A DNA stretch of 64,000 nucleotides from an uncultured Spirochaetota bacterium (lineage in GTDB: Bacteria; Spirochaetota; Spirochaetia; SZUA-6; Fen-1364), in assembly GCA_963845535.1 (NCBI GenBank), contig CAWJSK010000015.1, positions 224,001 to 288,000 on the forward strand. The letters are read 5' to 3'. The position numbers were made by a program, and so were the translations under genes. Below, in pieces: positions 1 through 9,243 of the stretch. Every line of letters starts with the position of its first letter. The stretch's first letter is position 1. The notes under the pieces are model-generated. The model was not told the origin of the DNA, ran no database searches, and saw only the letters and a program-made list of their open reading frames with translations.

Positions 1-452
1 GAGGTTGAGGGCCCGATCACGAGGTGGGCGGACAGTCGGAACATGGGCGCGCCGGTCCACGGCGCCGGGGCTGTTTCGGTCTCAAGGTCCTCTATGTTTA
101 CGCCATGGCGGTGCAGCACCGCGGTGACGGCGTGTACGATTCCCGGCGTGTCTATGGACACTGCCCTCAGGAGGTAGGGGCGCCCCTTCTCTTCAGCCCG
201 CGGCTTGTGGGTGGGATGGCAGCCGACGCGAAGGCCTATCTTCTCACCCCATGCGGGCAGTGATCCGGTCAAGGAATCCACAGACACTGCCGGGCCCGAG
301 ACGAGCATGATGATGGCGAACTCTCCGCCCAGGACCGCCATCTTGCTCTCCTCCATGTTGCAGCCTGCGCCGGTCACCGCGCCTGAGATCTCATCCACGA
401 TCCCCACCCGGTCAGGCCCGACAGCCGTGAGAACGAGAAATCCTGTGGCCAT
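1..452 (-). CDS. GcvR-like double ACT-domain protein (glycine cleavage regulator family), 3' end outside window
   Basis: Not in ORF track because it runs off the edge. Manual translation from ATG at 452: MATGFLVLTAVGPDRVGIVDEISGAVTGAGCNMEESKMAVLGGEFAIIML...AVSIDTPGIVHAVTAVLHRHGVNIEDLET...APMF, i.e. two ACT 'D(R/T)xGIV' motifs. Confidence 0.85.
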   Translation of the reverse strand, partial: MATGFLVLTAVGPDRVGIVDEISGAVTGAGCNMEESKMAVLGGEFAIIMLVSGPAVSVDSLTGSLPAWGEKIGLRVGCHPTHKPRAEEKGRPYLLRAVSIDTPGIVHAVTAVLHRHGVNIEDLETETAPAPWTGAPMFRLSAHLVIGPST

Positions 453-530
453 ACCGAAAGACTATCGGGAAGAGGATGGTTTTGTCCACCGAGAACGGGA
501 AACCCTGGCCTGACCGGACGTCGCGGCCCT

Positions 531-560
531 ACGTTGCTTTGACACCCACGTTGCTTTGAC
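531..560. repeat. 13-bp direct repeat ACGTTGCTTTGAC x2
   Basis: Exact copies at 531-543 and 548-560, immediately followed by TTGACA at 561-566. Confidence 0.9.
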
Positions 561-591
561 TTGACAATTACTCAAAAAGTGAGTACTCACT
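561..591 (+). promoter_or_regulatory. TTGACA -35 element and perfect palindrome AGTGAGTACTCACT (probable TetR operator)
   Basis: TTGACA 561-566; 14-bp perfect palindrome 578-591 just upstream of the TetR start. Confidence 0.75.
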
Positions 592-597
592 ATAGCT

Positions 598-1182
598 GTG
601 AGCGTGTCAGACGAGACAATCATGAACGTGGCGCTCGACCTTTTTGCCGAGAAGGGCTATGCCTCCGTCTCGACACGTGAAATCGCGCAAAAGGCCGGCA
701 TCACGGAAATGACGCTGTTTCGCAAGTTCCAAACGAAAAAACATCTGATCGGGCGGATCCTCCAGGAATGTTGGTATTCGCCGCCCGACGGCGCGTCTTT
801 CGATGTCATCGACGTAAGCAACCCTAAGGAGGCGCTCAGGCAATGCTCGGCGTTGGTCTATAGCTCATTTCGTTCGCGGAAAAAGATCGCTGCTGTGATC
901 AGCAACAGCCCGGAAATCCGAGGCTCTGAAGTTGCGGATATCATTAATTTGCGAATCCGAGGGATCATCAGTGAAATTCAGAAATTCCTCGAGCGTCTCA
1001 TTGCGCAGATCGAAACTACTACAGGCAAAAAGGTGGATGATAAAGACTCTTTCACAATGGCCATTCATTTCGTTGCACATGTCATGGGGCTTTTCTTCCT
1101 CGAAGAGGTGATCAATCTGGAGCCGCCCATGCCATGGGATCAGCTCATGCAGAATCTTATTGAGCGTCTTGACATGCCCTGA
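598..1182 (+). CDS. TetR/AcrR family transcriptional regulator
   Basis: N-terminal HTH 'ALDLFAEKGYASVSTREIAQKAGITEMTLFRKFQTK'; upstream of RND operon. Confidence 0.95.
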   Translation: MSVSDETIMNVALDLFAEKGYASVSTREIAQKAGITEMTLFRKFQTKKHLIGRILQECWYSPPDGASFDVIDVSNPKEALRQCSALVYSSFRSRKKIAAVISNSPEIRGSEVADIINLRIRGIISEIQKFLERLIAQIETTTGKKVDDKDSFTMAIHFVAHVMGLFFLEEVINLEPPMPWDQLMQNLIERLDMP

Positions 1183-1209
1183 TAGTTCTTTTTTTTGATT
1201 CGATGATAG

Positions 1210-1227
1210 TTAGTGGTAACACACTAA
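1210..1227. promoter_or_regulatory. Second probable TetR operator TTAGTG-N6-CACTAA
   Basis: Same AGTG-N6-CACT architecture as 578-591; lies between tetR and the efflux genes. Confidence 0.7.
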
Positions 1228-1272
1228 AAACTGCTGGATGCTCACGCACCCGCGCTCTACAGAAGGAGTTTT

Positions 1273-2316
1273 GTGATGAAGAGAATAGCAACGATCGCTC
1301 TCCTGGCACTGGCGTGCATGGGGTGCGGCGTCCATGCCGGCAGCGGCAAGCAGGCCTCCCGGAGCATGGAGCAAATCTATAAGGAGGACGGGGTCCCTGT
1401 TCGGGTGCGGATCCTTGCCACGAAGCCCTTTTCGGCCTACTTGAAATATCCCGCTACGCTCAAAGCCCGCCTGGAGTCTGCTGCGGTCGCGTCAATTCCC
1501 GAGGTCGTGCGTGAGGTCCACGCGCGAATAGGCGACCACGTGCGCAAAGGCGACGTCATCGTTTCTCTCTCCCAGGACAACGCCAACTACCAGCAGGCGA
1601 AAGCGGCGCGGGACACAGCGGAGGCCACCTATACGCGCTTCAAGACGATGTACGACAGCTCCAACATCTCGGCGCAGGATTTCGACACCATGAAGGTGCA
1701 GTATGCCCAGGCAAAGTCGGCGTTCAAGACGATGGACGACATCATCAACGTCAAAGCGCCTATCGACGGCTACGTCACCGCTTTGAACGTCCAGGTAACG
1801 GACAACGTCTATCCCGGGGCGCCGCTCTTCACGGTCTCCAACCTTGACGCCATCGAAGCCAAGCTCTACGTCACCCCCGAGGAAGCCCGCATGGTGCGCA
1901 CAGGGCAGCCGGCGATCGTCGAGGAAGACGGCCAGTCCATTCGCGGTACCGTCACGCAAGTTTCCCTCATCATGGATCCACAGCACAAAGCCTTTCCCGT
2001 CACCGCGTCCTTCGCCAACCAGGGTTTTGCGTTGACAAGCGGCATCACCGCAGACGTCGCCCTCGAGGTCTATCGCGCGCCGGCAATCGCGGTGAAGGAG
2101 AAAGAGCTGGCGCGCGAGATAGACACCTGGTACGCATTCGTCGTCGACGGCGACACGGCGCGCCGACGCGCGCTGAAAATCGGGCATCAGGACGGGCTTT
2201 CCTTCGAGGTCCTCGATGGCCTGAAGCCGGGAGACAAGCTTGTCACCGAGGGCGCCCAGAGCCTCAACGACGGCATGAAGGTCCGGGTCGTGTCCATGGC
2301 CGCCAACGCGGACTGA
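1273..2316 (+). CDS. RND efflux periplasmic adaptor (membrane fusion protein)
   Basis: Signal/lipobox-like N-terminus, 'GDHVRKGDVI', 'VKAPIDGYV', 'GLKPGDKLVTEG'. Confidence 0.93.
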   Translation: MMKRIATIALLALACMGCGVHAGSGKQASRSMEQIYKEDGVPVRVRILATKPFSAYLKYPATLKARLESAAVASIPEVVREVHARIGDHVRKGDVIVSLSQDNANYQQAKAARDTAEATYTRFKTMYDSSNISAQDFDTMKVQYAQAKSAFKTMDDIINVKAPIDGYVTALNVQVTDNVYPGAPLFTVSNLDAIEAKLYVTPEEARMVRTGQPAIVEEDGQSIRGTVTQVSLIMDPQHKAFPVTASFANQGFALTSGITADVALEVYRAPAIAVKEKELAREIDTWYAFVVDGDTARRRALKIGHQDGLSFEVLDGLKPGDKLVTEGAQSLNDGMKVRVVSMAANAD

Positions 2317-2350
2317 CCCAGGCTTTCTTTCACAGAACCAAGGAGTATCC

Positions 2351-5300
2351 ATGTCCATCGTCGACCTTTCCATAAAACGGCCCGTGCTCATCACGATGAT
2401 TCTTGTGGTCTTCGTGCTTTTCGGAGTGCTGGCCTACTTCACCATCCCCCTCTCCCTCATTCCCGACGTGAAGGTGCCTCTTGCCACCGTCACGGTGGTC
2501 TACCCGGGAGCCGGGCCCCAGGTGATCGAGAGCCAGATCACCAACAAGATCGAGGACGAGGTGTCAGCTCTTTCCCAACTGGACTCTGTCACCTCCTATT
2601 CCATCGAGGGCGCATCCATCGTCACCGTTCAGTTCAAGCTCGGCAAGGACGAAAACCTCGCCCGGGAGGAGGTGAAGGAGAAGGTCGATGGCATCCTCGA
2701 TCAGCTCCCCTCGGGAGCCAGGCGGCCGGTGGTCACGAAGCTGGACATCACGGCCATGTTTCCCGCAATGAACATCCTCGTCGAGGGAACGATTGACCCT
2801 ACCACCCTCCATACACTGGCTGACAAGGTCGTGAAGGCACGGCTCGCGCAGATCGAAGGCGTCGGAAGGGTCGACCTGGGGGGCGGAAGGGAACGCGAGG
2901 TACGTGTCGAGCTTGGCCGCGCAGACGTATTTGACCGCTCGGTCTCGCTCCTGCAGATCGCGGGCCTCCTGCAGGCTGCCAATGTGGAGATTCCCGGCGG
3001 CAGCTTCAAGGAAGACGGGCAGGACCTCTCCGTGAGGCTCAAGGGCCAGTTCCAGTCCATTGACGATATCCGCAACCTCGACGTGCCGACTCGGTCAGGG
3101 ATCGTGAAGCTCAGGCAGATTGCGGACGTGCGGGATTCCTACAAGGAAGTGCGGGAGCGGATCATGTTCTTCGACAAGAGCACGGGTGGCCAGAGCGATG
3201 ATGCGGTGCTCCTCAAGATCCTCAAGAACCCTTCCGCCAACACCGTCTCCGTCGTCAACAAAGTCAGGGCCGCCCTGCCGGGCATCGAGAAAGACCTTGG
3301 CGGGCACGTCCATCTCAGGGTCGTCTCGGAGGGCGCCACGTTCGTCCGGGATTCCGTCATGGATACCTTCTTCAACGTCTTCTTGAGCGTCGGCCTCACC
3401 GCGCTGGTCCTGCTGTTCTTTCTCCATGACCTGCGCTCGACCCTCATCGTCGTCATCGCAATGCCCTTCTCCCTCATCGCAACGTTCTGGGTCATGCGGA
3501 TACTGGGGCTCTCTTTCAACATCCTCTCCCTCATGGGCCTTGCCACGGCCACGGGAGTCCTTGTCTCAGACTCCGTCATCGTCCTGGAAAACATCTTCCG
3601 TCACAAGGCACTCGGGGCTGGCAGGAGAGAGGCGGCTTCGAAGGGCAGCCGCGAAGTCATGGTGGCGGTGGTGGCCGCCACGCTCACCCACGTTGCCGTG
3701 TTCGTCCCCATGGCGAACATGGCGGGGGTGATGGGCCAGACCATGAAGGACTTCGCCTACACGATCGTTGCCGCGACTCTTTTCTCCCTGCTCATGAGCT
3801 TCACGCTGACGCCGTTGATGGCCTCGCGCATGCTTCCGGAGAAAGTGAAAAAGCCAGGGCCCTTTGGATTGCTCCTGGAACGGATGTTTGCTTCGTGGGA
3901 GCGCGGATACGGCAGGTTGGTCGAGCTCATCGTGGCCACTAAGCTGCGCAGCGGGATCGTTGTGGCCGCTTCCCTGGTTGCGCTGGCAGGCTCGTTTGCC
4001 CTCTCCCACGCGCTTCGGTTCGAGTTGATTCCGCCAACGGATGGCGGGAAAGTCCAGATCCTCGTCGAGCTTCCCCTCGGCAGCGGGATAACGGAGACGG
4101 TAAGGGTTTTGGGAGAGATCCAGTCCCACCTCAAGGATTACAAGGAAGTTTCCAGCATCCTCACCGATCTGGGCTACCAGTCCGATCTGGACAAGGACGT
4201 CAACCTTGCCCGGATGGACGTGCTGCTTGTGCCCAAGACACAGCGGGCCATGAGCAACAATGCGATCGCCGCCTCGTTCACCGAGAAGCTCTCCGACATC
4301 CCTGGCGCCACGATCAAGGTGACCCCGGTCAGCGAGATCAACCTCGGCGGCCAGAGCTCGCCCATCAATTTCTCCCTCCAGGGCAAGGACAACGACGTCC
4401 TGCAGGAGTTGACGCCCCGGATCACGTCGGCCATGGCCAGGGTGCCGGGCCTCGTCAATATCGATGCAAGCGCGCGGCCCGGGAAACCCGAGCTGACGTT
4501 CGAACCGGACCGAAAGCGCATCTCGGAGGACGGGCTGACCGTGCAGGAGGTTGCCCTCTCGCTGCGCGCCGCGGTGGACGGCCTGGTCCTCTCGACCTAC
4601 AAGGAGGGGGGCAACGAGTTCGACATTCGCGTGGCCCTCAAGGAGGGCAGCCTGCGCAGCATCGACGACCTGAAAAATGTGCCAGTCGTCGGAGCCCGGG
4701 GCACCTACCCCCTCTCGCACTACGCGCAGCTCTCTCTCACCAGCGGATCCAACAGGATCACACATTCGGACAAGGTCGGCTCGGTTACGTTCACGGCCGA
4801 CCTGCTGCCGGGGACCAGCCAGGGTGAAGCTCAGGCGGCAGTGGACGCAAAGATCGCCTCCCTTCACCTGCCCACGGGCTACATCGTCAAGAGCGCGGGC
4901 CTCGCGAAGACCTTCCAGGAGACGGTGCGTGACCTGGTCCTCGTCTTCGTCCTTGCGATAGTTCTCGTGCTCATGATCCTTGCCGGCACGCTGGAAAACT
5001 TCCGGCAGCCGGTGATCATCCTCAGCACGGTTCCTCTGGCGCTCATCGGGGTGATCCTGGCGGTGGTACTGACGGGTACGACGCTCAATGTGTTCGCCAT
5101 GCTCGCCGTGGTCATGCTCATCGGGTTGGCCGTGACCAACGCCATCCTGATCCTGGAATACTCCAACCAGCTCCGCGCCGAAGGGAAGGACGTCGGGGAA
5201 GCCCTCGTCCTGGCCTGCTCAGCGAAGTTCAAGCCCATCCTCATGTCCAACATCGCGATCATCCTGAGCCTCATGCCCATGGCCTTTGGCTTTGGCGCCT

Positions 5301-5449
5301 CGGGCGCGGAGATGCGTCAACCCATGGGCATCGTCACCATAGGAGGCGTGGCAATGTCGGCCGTGCTCACGCTCTTTCTCATTCCTGCCCTGGAAAAACT
5401 GACGGCCGGCAATCGCCCGGCTCAGAAGGAGCTCCCGAATGAAGCGTAA
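2351..5449 (+). CDS. RND efflux permease (AcrB/AcrD/AcrF family)
   Basis: 1032 aa, 'SIKRPV', 'YPGAGP..IESQIT', two TM bundles, 'PILMS', 'RQPMGIVTIGG'. Confidence 0.95.
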   Translation: MSIVDLSIKRPVLITMILVVFVLFGVLAYFTIPLSLIPDVKVPLATVTVVYPGAGPQVIESQITNKIEDEVSALSQLDSVTSYSIEGASIVTVQFKLGKDENLAREEVKEKVDGILDQLPSGARRPVVTKLDITAMFPAMNILVEGTIDPTTLHTLADKVVKARLAQIEGVGRVDLGGGREREVRVELGRADVFDRSVSLLQIAGLLQAANVEIPGGSFKEDGQDLSVRLKGQFQSIDDIRNLDVPTRSGIVKLRQIADVRDSYKEVRERIMFFDKSTGGQSDDAVLLKILKNPSANTVSVVNKVRAALPGIEKDLGGHVHLRVVSEGATFVRDSVMDTFFNVFLSVGLTALVLLFFLHDLRSTLIVVIAMPFSLIATFWVMRILGLSFNILSLMGLATATGVLVSDSVIVLENIFRHKALGAGRREAASKGSREVMVAVVAATLTHVAVFVPMANMAGVMGQTMKDFAYTIVAATLFSLLMSFTLTPLMASRMLPEKVKKPGPFGLLLERMFASWERGYGRLVELIVATKLRSGIVVAASLVALAGSFALSHALRFELIPPTDGGKVQILVELPLGSGITETVRVLGEIQSHLKDYKEVSSILTDLGYQSDLDKDVNLARMDVLLVPKTQRAMSNNAIAASFTEKLSDIPGATIKVTPVSEINLGGQSSPINFSLQGKDNDVLQELTPRITSAMARVPGLVNIDASARPGKPELTFEPDRKRISEDGLTVQEVALSLRAAVDGLVLSTYKEGGNEFDIRVALKEGSLRSIDDLKNVPVVGARGTYPLSHYAQLSLTSGSNRITHSDKVGSVTFTADLLPGTSQGEAQAAVDAKIASLHLPTGYIVKSAGLAKTFQETVRDLVLVFVLAIVLVLMILAGTLENFRQPVIILSTVPLALIGVILAVVLTGTTLNVFAMLAVVMLIGLAVTNAILILEYSNQLRAEGKDVGEALVLACSAKFKPILMSNIAIILSLMPMAFGFGASGAEMRQPMGIVTIGGVAMSAVLTLFLIPALEKLTAGNRPAQKELPNEA

Positions 5450-6770
5450 GGCAGCATGTGCACTCATCCTCATCCTGGTCATCGTTCCATGCCTCGCCGC
5501 GGAGGAGATCGATCTCGCCTCCTACCTTCAGCGCGTGGAGCAGCACAACAAGGGCCTCGAAATCGCGCGCGGCGATGTGGCCCAAACGGAGAAGATGAAA
5601 GATCAGGCCATGGCCGGACTTCTTCCCAACGCGGGCCTTCAGGTCGGCTATATGCGGAACTTGAATCAGATTTTGCAGCCCGTGGCTTCCTATGCAACGG
5701 CCTCTGCCATGCCGGGCATTTACCCCATCACCTACACCGAACAGATCGCAACGTATGACAATCAATGGGATGTAGGCGGCGCGGTGAACTTTAACATCTT
5801 CGATGCTTCAGCTTGGACGCGATATCGCCAAGCCTCGGAGGGTGTGAACGCACGGAAGGCAGCCTACGACTATCAGCTCAAGGCCGTGATGAATGGCGCA
5901 AAGAAACTCTATTACCAGCTCCTCCTCCTGAACGAGGTCGTCAAGGTCAAGGAAGCATCCGAGAGAATGGCCCAGGACAACTACAACGACGCACAGGCCA
6001 AGTTCACGGTGGGACTCTCCACCGAGCTTGATGCCCTGATGGCCGAAGTGGCATGGAAAGGGAAGGTGCCCGAAACGGCCGAGGTCAGGCGAAACCGCGA
6101 CATTGCCCTTCTCGGCTTCAAACAGCTCGCGGGGATTCCCGCCGAAGAAGACGTGTCGCTCACGGAGAACATGGAAACGTACCCGGACATTCCGGGGGAG
6201 GTCCGTCTGGCTGATGTTCTTTCGGCGCGGGCGGACTACGCGCTGCTCCTTCGGCAGAGGTCGCTCGGCAAGCTTGCAATCGACGCGGCCAAGGCGAACT
6301 ACCTTCCCACACTTTCGGGCAGCTTCGTGATCGACGACCAGTGGCTCATCGGCAATCCCAATCCCGGCTTCAACGAGCTGAACCCGCTCGCCATCCAGCT
6401 CGGGTTCAAGATCACCCTTCCTGTCTATGAGGGCGGGTATCGCGTGGCCAAGCTCGCCGAAGAGGAGATCGGCCTGAAGAAAGCCGACCTTCAGATTGGC
6501 CAGAAGCAGGAGGACATCCAGACCGAGCTGACCAGCGTGAAGCTGCGCCTCGACGAGGCACGACAGCGCATCGAGAACGCAAACGCGGTGCGGGCCGTGG
6601 CTCAACGCGCCTTCGACAGGGCCTCTGTTTCCTTCAAGAACGGCGTTGCCACGCAGCTCCAGCTCAACCAGGCCACGCTCAGCCTGGAGGGGGCCCGCCT
6701 CGCGTTCCTCTCCGCGATCTACGATTACCGGGCCGCATACTTCGACTGGGAGTATGCGGTGGGGCGATGA
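5439..6770 (+). CDS. TolC-family outer membrane efflux protein
   Basis: Signal peptide, helical repeats, 'ANYLPTLS', 'LPVYEGG', 'FKNGVATQLQL'; overlaps RND stop. Confidence 0.9.
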   Translation: MKRKAACALILILVIVPCLAAEEIDLASYLQRVEQHNKGLEIARGDVAQTEKMKDQAMAGLLPNAGLQVGYMRNLNQILQPVASYATASAMPGIYPITYTEQIATYDNQWDVGGAVNFNIFDASAWTRYRQASEGVNARKAAYDYQLKAVMNGAKKLYYQLLLLNEVVKVKEASERMAQDNYNDAQAKFTVGLSTELDALMAEVAWKGKVPETAEVRRNRDIALLGFKQLAGIPAEEDVSLTENMETYPDIPGEVRLADVLSARADYALLLRQRSLGKLAIDAAKANYLPTLSGSFVIDDQWLIGNPNPGFNELNPLAIQLGFKITLPVYEGGYRVAKLAEEEIGLKKADLQIGQKQEDIQTELTSVKLRLDEARQRIENANAVRAVAQRAFDRASVSFKNGVATQLQLNQATLSLEGARLAFLSAIYDYRAAYFDWEYAVGR

Positions 6771-6895
6771 GTCATGAACATTATTTCTCCAGCAGGCGTG
6801 ATTCCGGCAGAACGGCGCGCTGCAGCGCCAGCGGGTTGACAACCCAGGACCGAGGCGACGTGCACCGCGCCGCTTCCGCCCATGCCCGGGGCGTC

Positions 6896-8197
6896 TTACG
6901 CGCCCTCGTGCGCCACCTCCATGGCGATGCGCGCCCAGTCCCAGAGCCTCTCGGGCTTATAGCAGACGGTGGAGATGTCCTTCATGATGACCTCCACGTG
7001 GCTCACGCCCTTTGCCCGGTCCACCACGTCTTTCAATGCGGCCCGGGCCCGGCCCGGGTTCCAGCTCTCCTCCACGAAGATGGCCGGGCTGGGCTTGAAG
7101 CTGAGGACGTAATCTCCCTGGACCTCGTCGATGACTTTCGCGAAGTTATTCCACGGGCTCATGGAAAACTTTCGGAGGTTGGGGATGCGGCGAAGGAGCG
7201 GGATCTTCCTGTCCAAGGGCTCGCAGCAGCCGTAGTAGACGAGCCCCCACCGCTCCAGCCAGCGAAGATCGTGGCGCAGGGCGAACTCCCAGTGCATGTC
7301 AGGGGAGACCTCCGCAAAGATCTGCGCGTTGGAGCAGCCCCACATGTTGTGGGGCTGGACCCGGGACGGAAGATACTCGGAACCGGGCAGGTCCCACGTG
7401 TATCCGTACCCGCCGGAGCCAATGCGCGTATTGTTGCAGTCAAGAGAGAGAAGGTTCTGCTCCACGAACTGGTCCAGCTCCGCCATCCACGCGTCCACCA
7501 TGCGCTCCACGGCGGCATTGACCATGTCCGGCCGCTCCACGAGGTCCACCATGGCCTCCTCCAGGCCCCACCAGCGGATGAGGTAGTCCCACGGCGTGAA
7601 CCAGATGTGCGCCTGCCCCACCTTACGCACGGGCATGATGCCGCGGAACAGGTCCTCCATGGCGGCGAAGGTGGCCGCCGTGGTTTCCTCATCATGGGTG
7701 ACCCGGGGCATGCGGATTTTCTCGATATCCGCGGGCTCGCGGATCTGCACGTGGAAATGGCGGGAGATGATCTCGTTGGCTTCGTCCGTGCGCGCAACCT
7801 CCACCTCCTCGTGGATGCCGAAGTCGGTGCTGTGCACGGCCAGGGGACACTCCAGGAAGTCGCTGAATACCATGTCCCCCGGCATGTGGCGCCACTGGTA
7901 AAGGGCGCGGCGCAGCCGCGTCTCCAGCTCCCGTGCCCAGGGATGGACGGTCTGCAGGGTCAGCTCGTCCTCCACGTTCATCTCGTGCCAGGGAATCTCG
8001 TTGATCCACACCATTGGCCGGGCGGACTCCAGGTCGTTGAGCTTGCGCCATAGTCCGGCCTTCTCGCGATGCGCGGGCAGCGAGGCCACGGCCGCCGTCT
8101 CCTGCCCGAGGCGCCTCAGGACTTCCTTCTCTTGCGCGGAGAGGCGGATGTCCGTGTAGCGCTGCGGAGGGCTGTAGCTTCCGGGATCATGCAGCAT
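6896..8197 (-). CDS. Divergent URO-D/CIMS-like TIM-barrel protein of unknown function
   Basis: 'MVDLVERPDMV', 'VSPDMHWEF', 'YYGCCEPLD', 'MSPW'; last gene of URO-D cluster. Confidence 0.65.
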   Translation of the reverse strand: MLHDPGSYSPPQRYTDIRLSAQEKEVLRRLGQETAAVASLPAHREKAGLWRKLNDLESARPMVWINEIPWHEMNVEDELTLQTVHPWARELETRLRRALYQWRHMPGDMVFSDFLECPLAVHSTDFGIHEEVEVARTDEANEIISRHFHVQIREPADIEKIRMPRVTHDEETTAATFAAMEDLFRGIMPVRKVGQAHIWFTPWDYLIRWWGLEEAMVDLVERPDMVNAAVERMVDAWMAELDQFVEQNLLSLDCNNTRIGSGGYGYTWDLPGSEYLPSRVQPHNMWGCSNAQIFAEVSPDMHWEFALRHDLRWLERWGLVYYGCCEPLDRKIPLLRRIPNLRKFSMSPWNNFAKVIDEVQGDYVLSFKPSPAIFVEESWNPGRARAALKDVVDRAKGVSHVEVIMKDISTVCYKPERLWDWARIAMEVAHEGA

Positions 8198-8199
8198 GC

Positions 8200-9243
8200 T
8201 CAGTTCCTCCTGTACTCCCGGATCGTTTCGAACATTGCCAGGACATTCTCCAGGGGGGTTTCCTCCAGGATGTAGTCATGGCTTGCACCGGCCACGTAGC
8301 CCCCGCCGGGGGACAGGATGTCCAGTGTGCGGCGGGTCTCGGTCCGCACCGATTCCGGGGTGCCCTTGATCAGGACGTGGTGGGAGTCGATGGCGCCGTT
8401 CAGCAGCAGTCGGCCGCCGAAGTCCCGCTTCAAGCCGGCGGGCTCCATGCCCTCGCAGGACGGCTGGAGCGCATGCGCGCCGTCCAGCCCGGCCCGGATC
8501 ATGGACGGCATGAGGGGACGGAAGCCGCCGCAGCAGTGCAGCATCACCTTGCGGCTATAGCGGTGTCCGAGGTCGATGAGCCGGCGCAGGGAGGACATCG
8601 CGAAGCGCTCGAACAGGTCCACCCCGAGGAGCGGTCCCGTCTGGGAGCCGAAGTCATTGCCAATGAAGAAAATGTCGATGGAGGAACCTGCCGCCTCGAA
8701 GATGGCGCGGCTCACCTCCGCGTAGAAATCCGTCACTTTCTCGAACACCCGGGAGACGACCTCCGGCTGGTCGTACATCGCGTAGTACAGTCCCTCCATG
8801 CCCACGAGGTCGATCACGTCATGCCAGAACGGGGACCAGTCTCCCCCAAGGATGGCGAACTCACCGCCCCAACTGTCCGCTTCGGCCTTGATGCCCGACA
8901 CGTCCATCCACGCGGGGTCTGGCCAGGGGTAGTCCTCCACGTCGCGGATGCATTTTGCCGCGGCAAGGGGATGCGACAGGGGCTGACCATAGCCGATGCC
9001 GGTCCTCTCGATCCCGAATGGGCTCTTCCACGTGGCGCCTCCGGAGAGGCCCAGGTCAGGACCCGTGTAGCGGGCGTACACCCTTCGAAAATCGTCTCCG
9101 AAGCGCCGGCGCAGCCCCTCATCCTCCAGGCCAAGGGCGGCTTTGGCCTTGGCCCAGAACTCCGGGGAAGAGCCGCACCAGGCCGGGACACGGTCCGGCT
9201 CCCGGTGGTCGAAGGCGGTGAGAACCCGCTCCCGGGAGGTCAT
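8200..9243 (-). CDS. Uroporphyrinogen decarboxylase / MtaA-like family protein
   Basis: 'MTSRERVLTAFDHREPDRVP', 'GNDFGSQTG', 'MLHCCG', 'GGGYVAGASH'. Confidence 0.9.
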   Translation of the reverse strand: MTSRERVLTAFDHREPDRVPAWCGSSPEFWAKAKAALGLEDEGLRRRFGDDFRRVYARYTGPDLGLSGGATWKSPFGIERTGIGYGQPLSHPLAAAKCIRDVEDYPWPDPAWMDVSGIKAEADSWGGEFAILGGDWSPFWHDVIDLVGMEGLYYAMYDQPEVVSRVFEKVTDFYAEVSRAIFEAAGSSIDIFFIGNDFGSQTGPLLGVDLFERFAMSSLRRLIDLGHRYSRKVMLHCCGGFRPLMPSMIRAGLDGAHALQPSCEGMEPAGLKRDFGGRLLLNGAIDSHHVLIKGTPESVRTETRRTLDILSPGGGYVAGASHDYILEETPLENVLAMFETIREYRRN

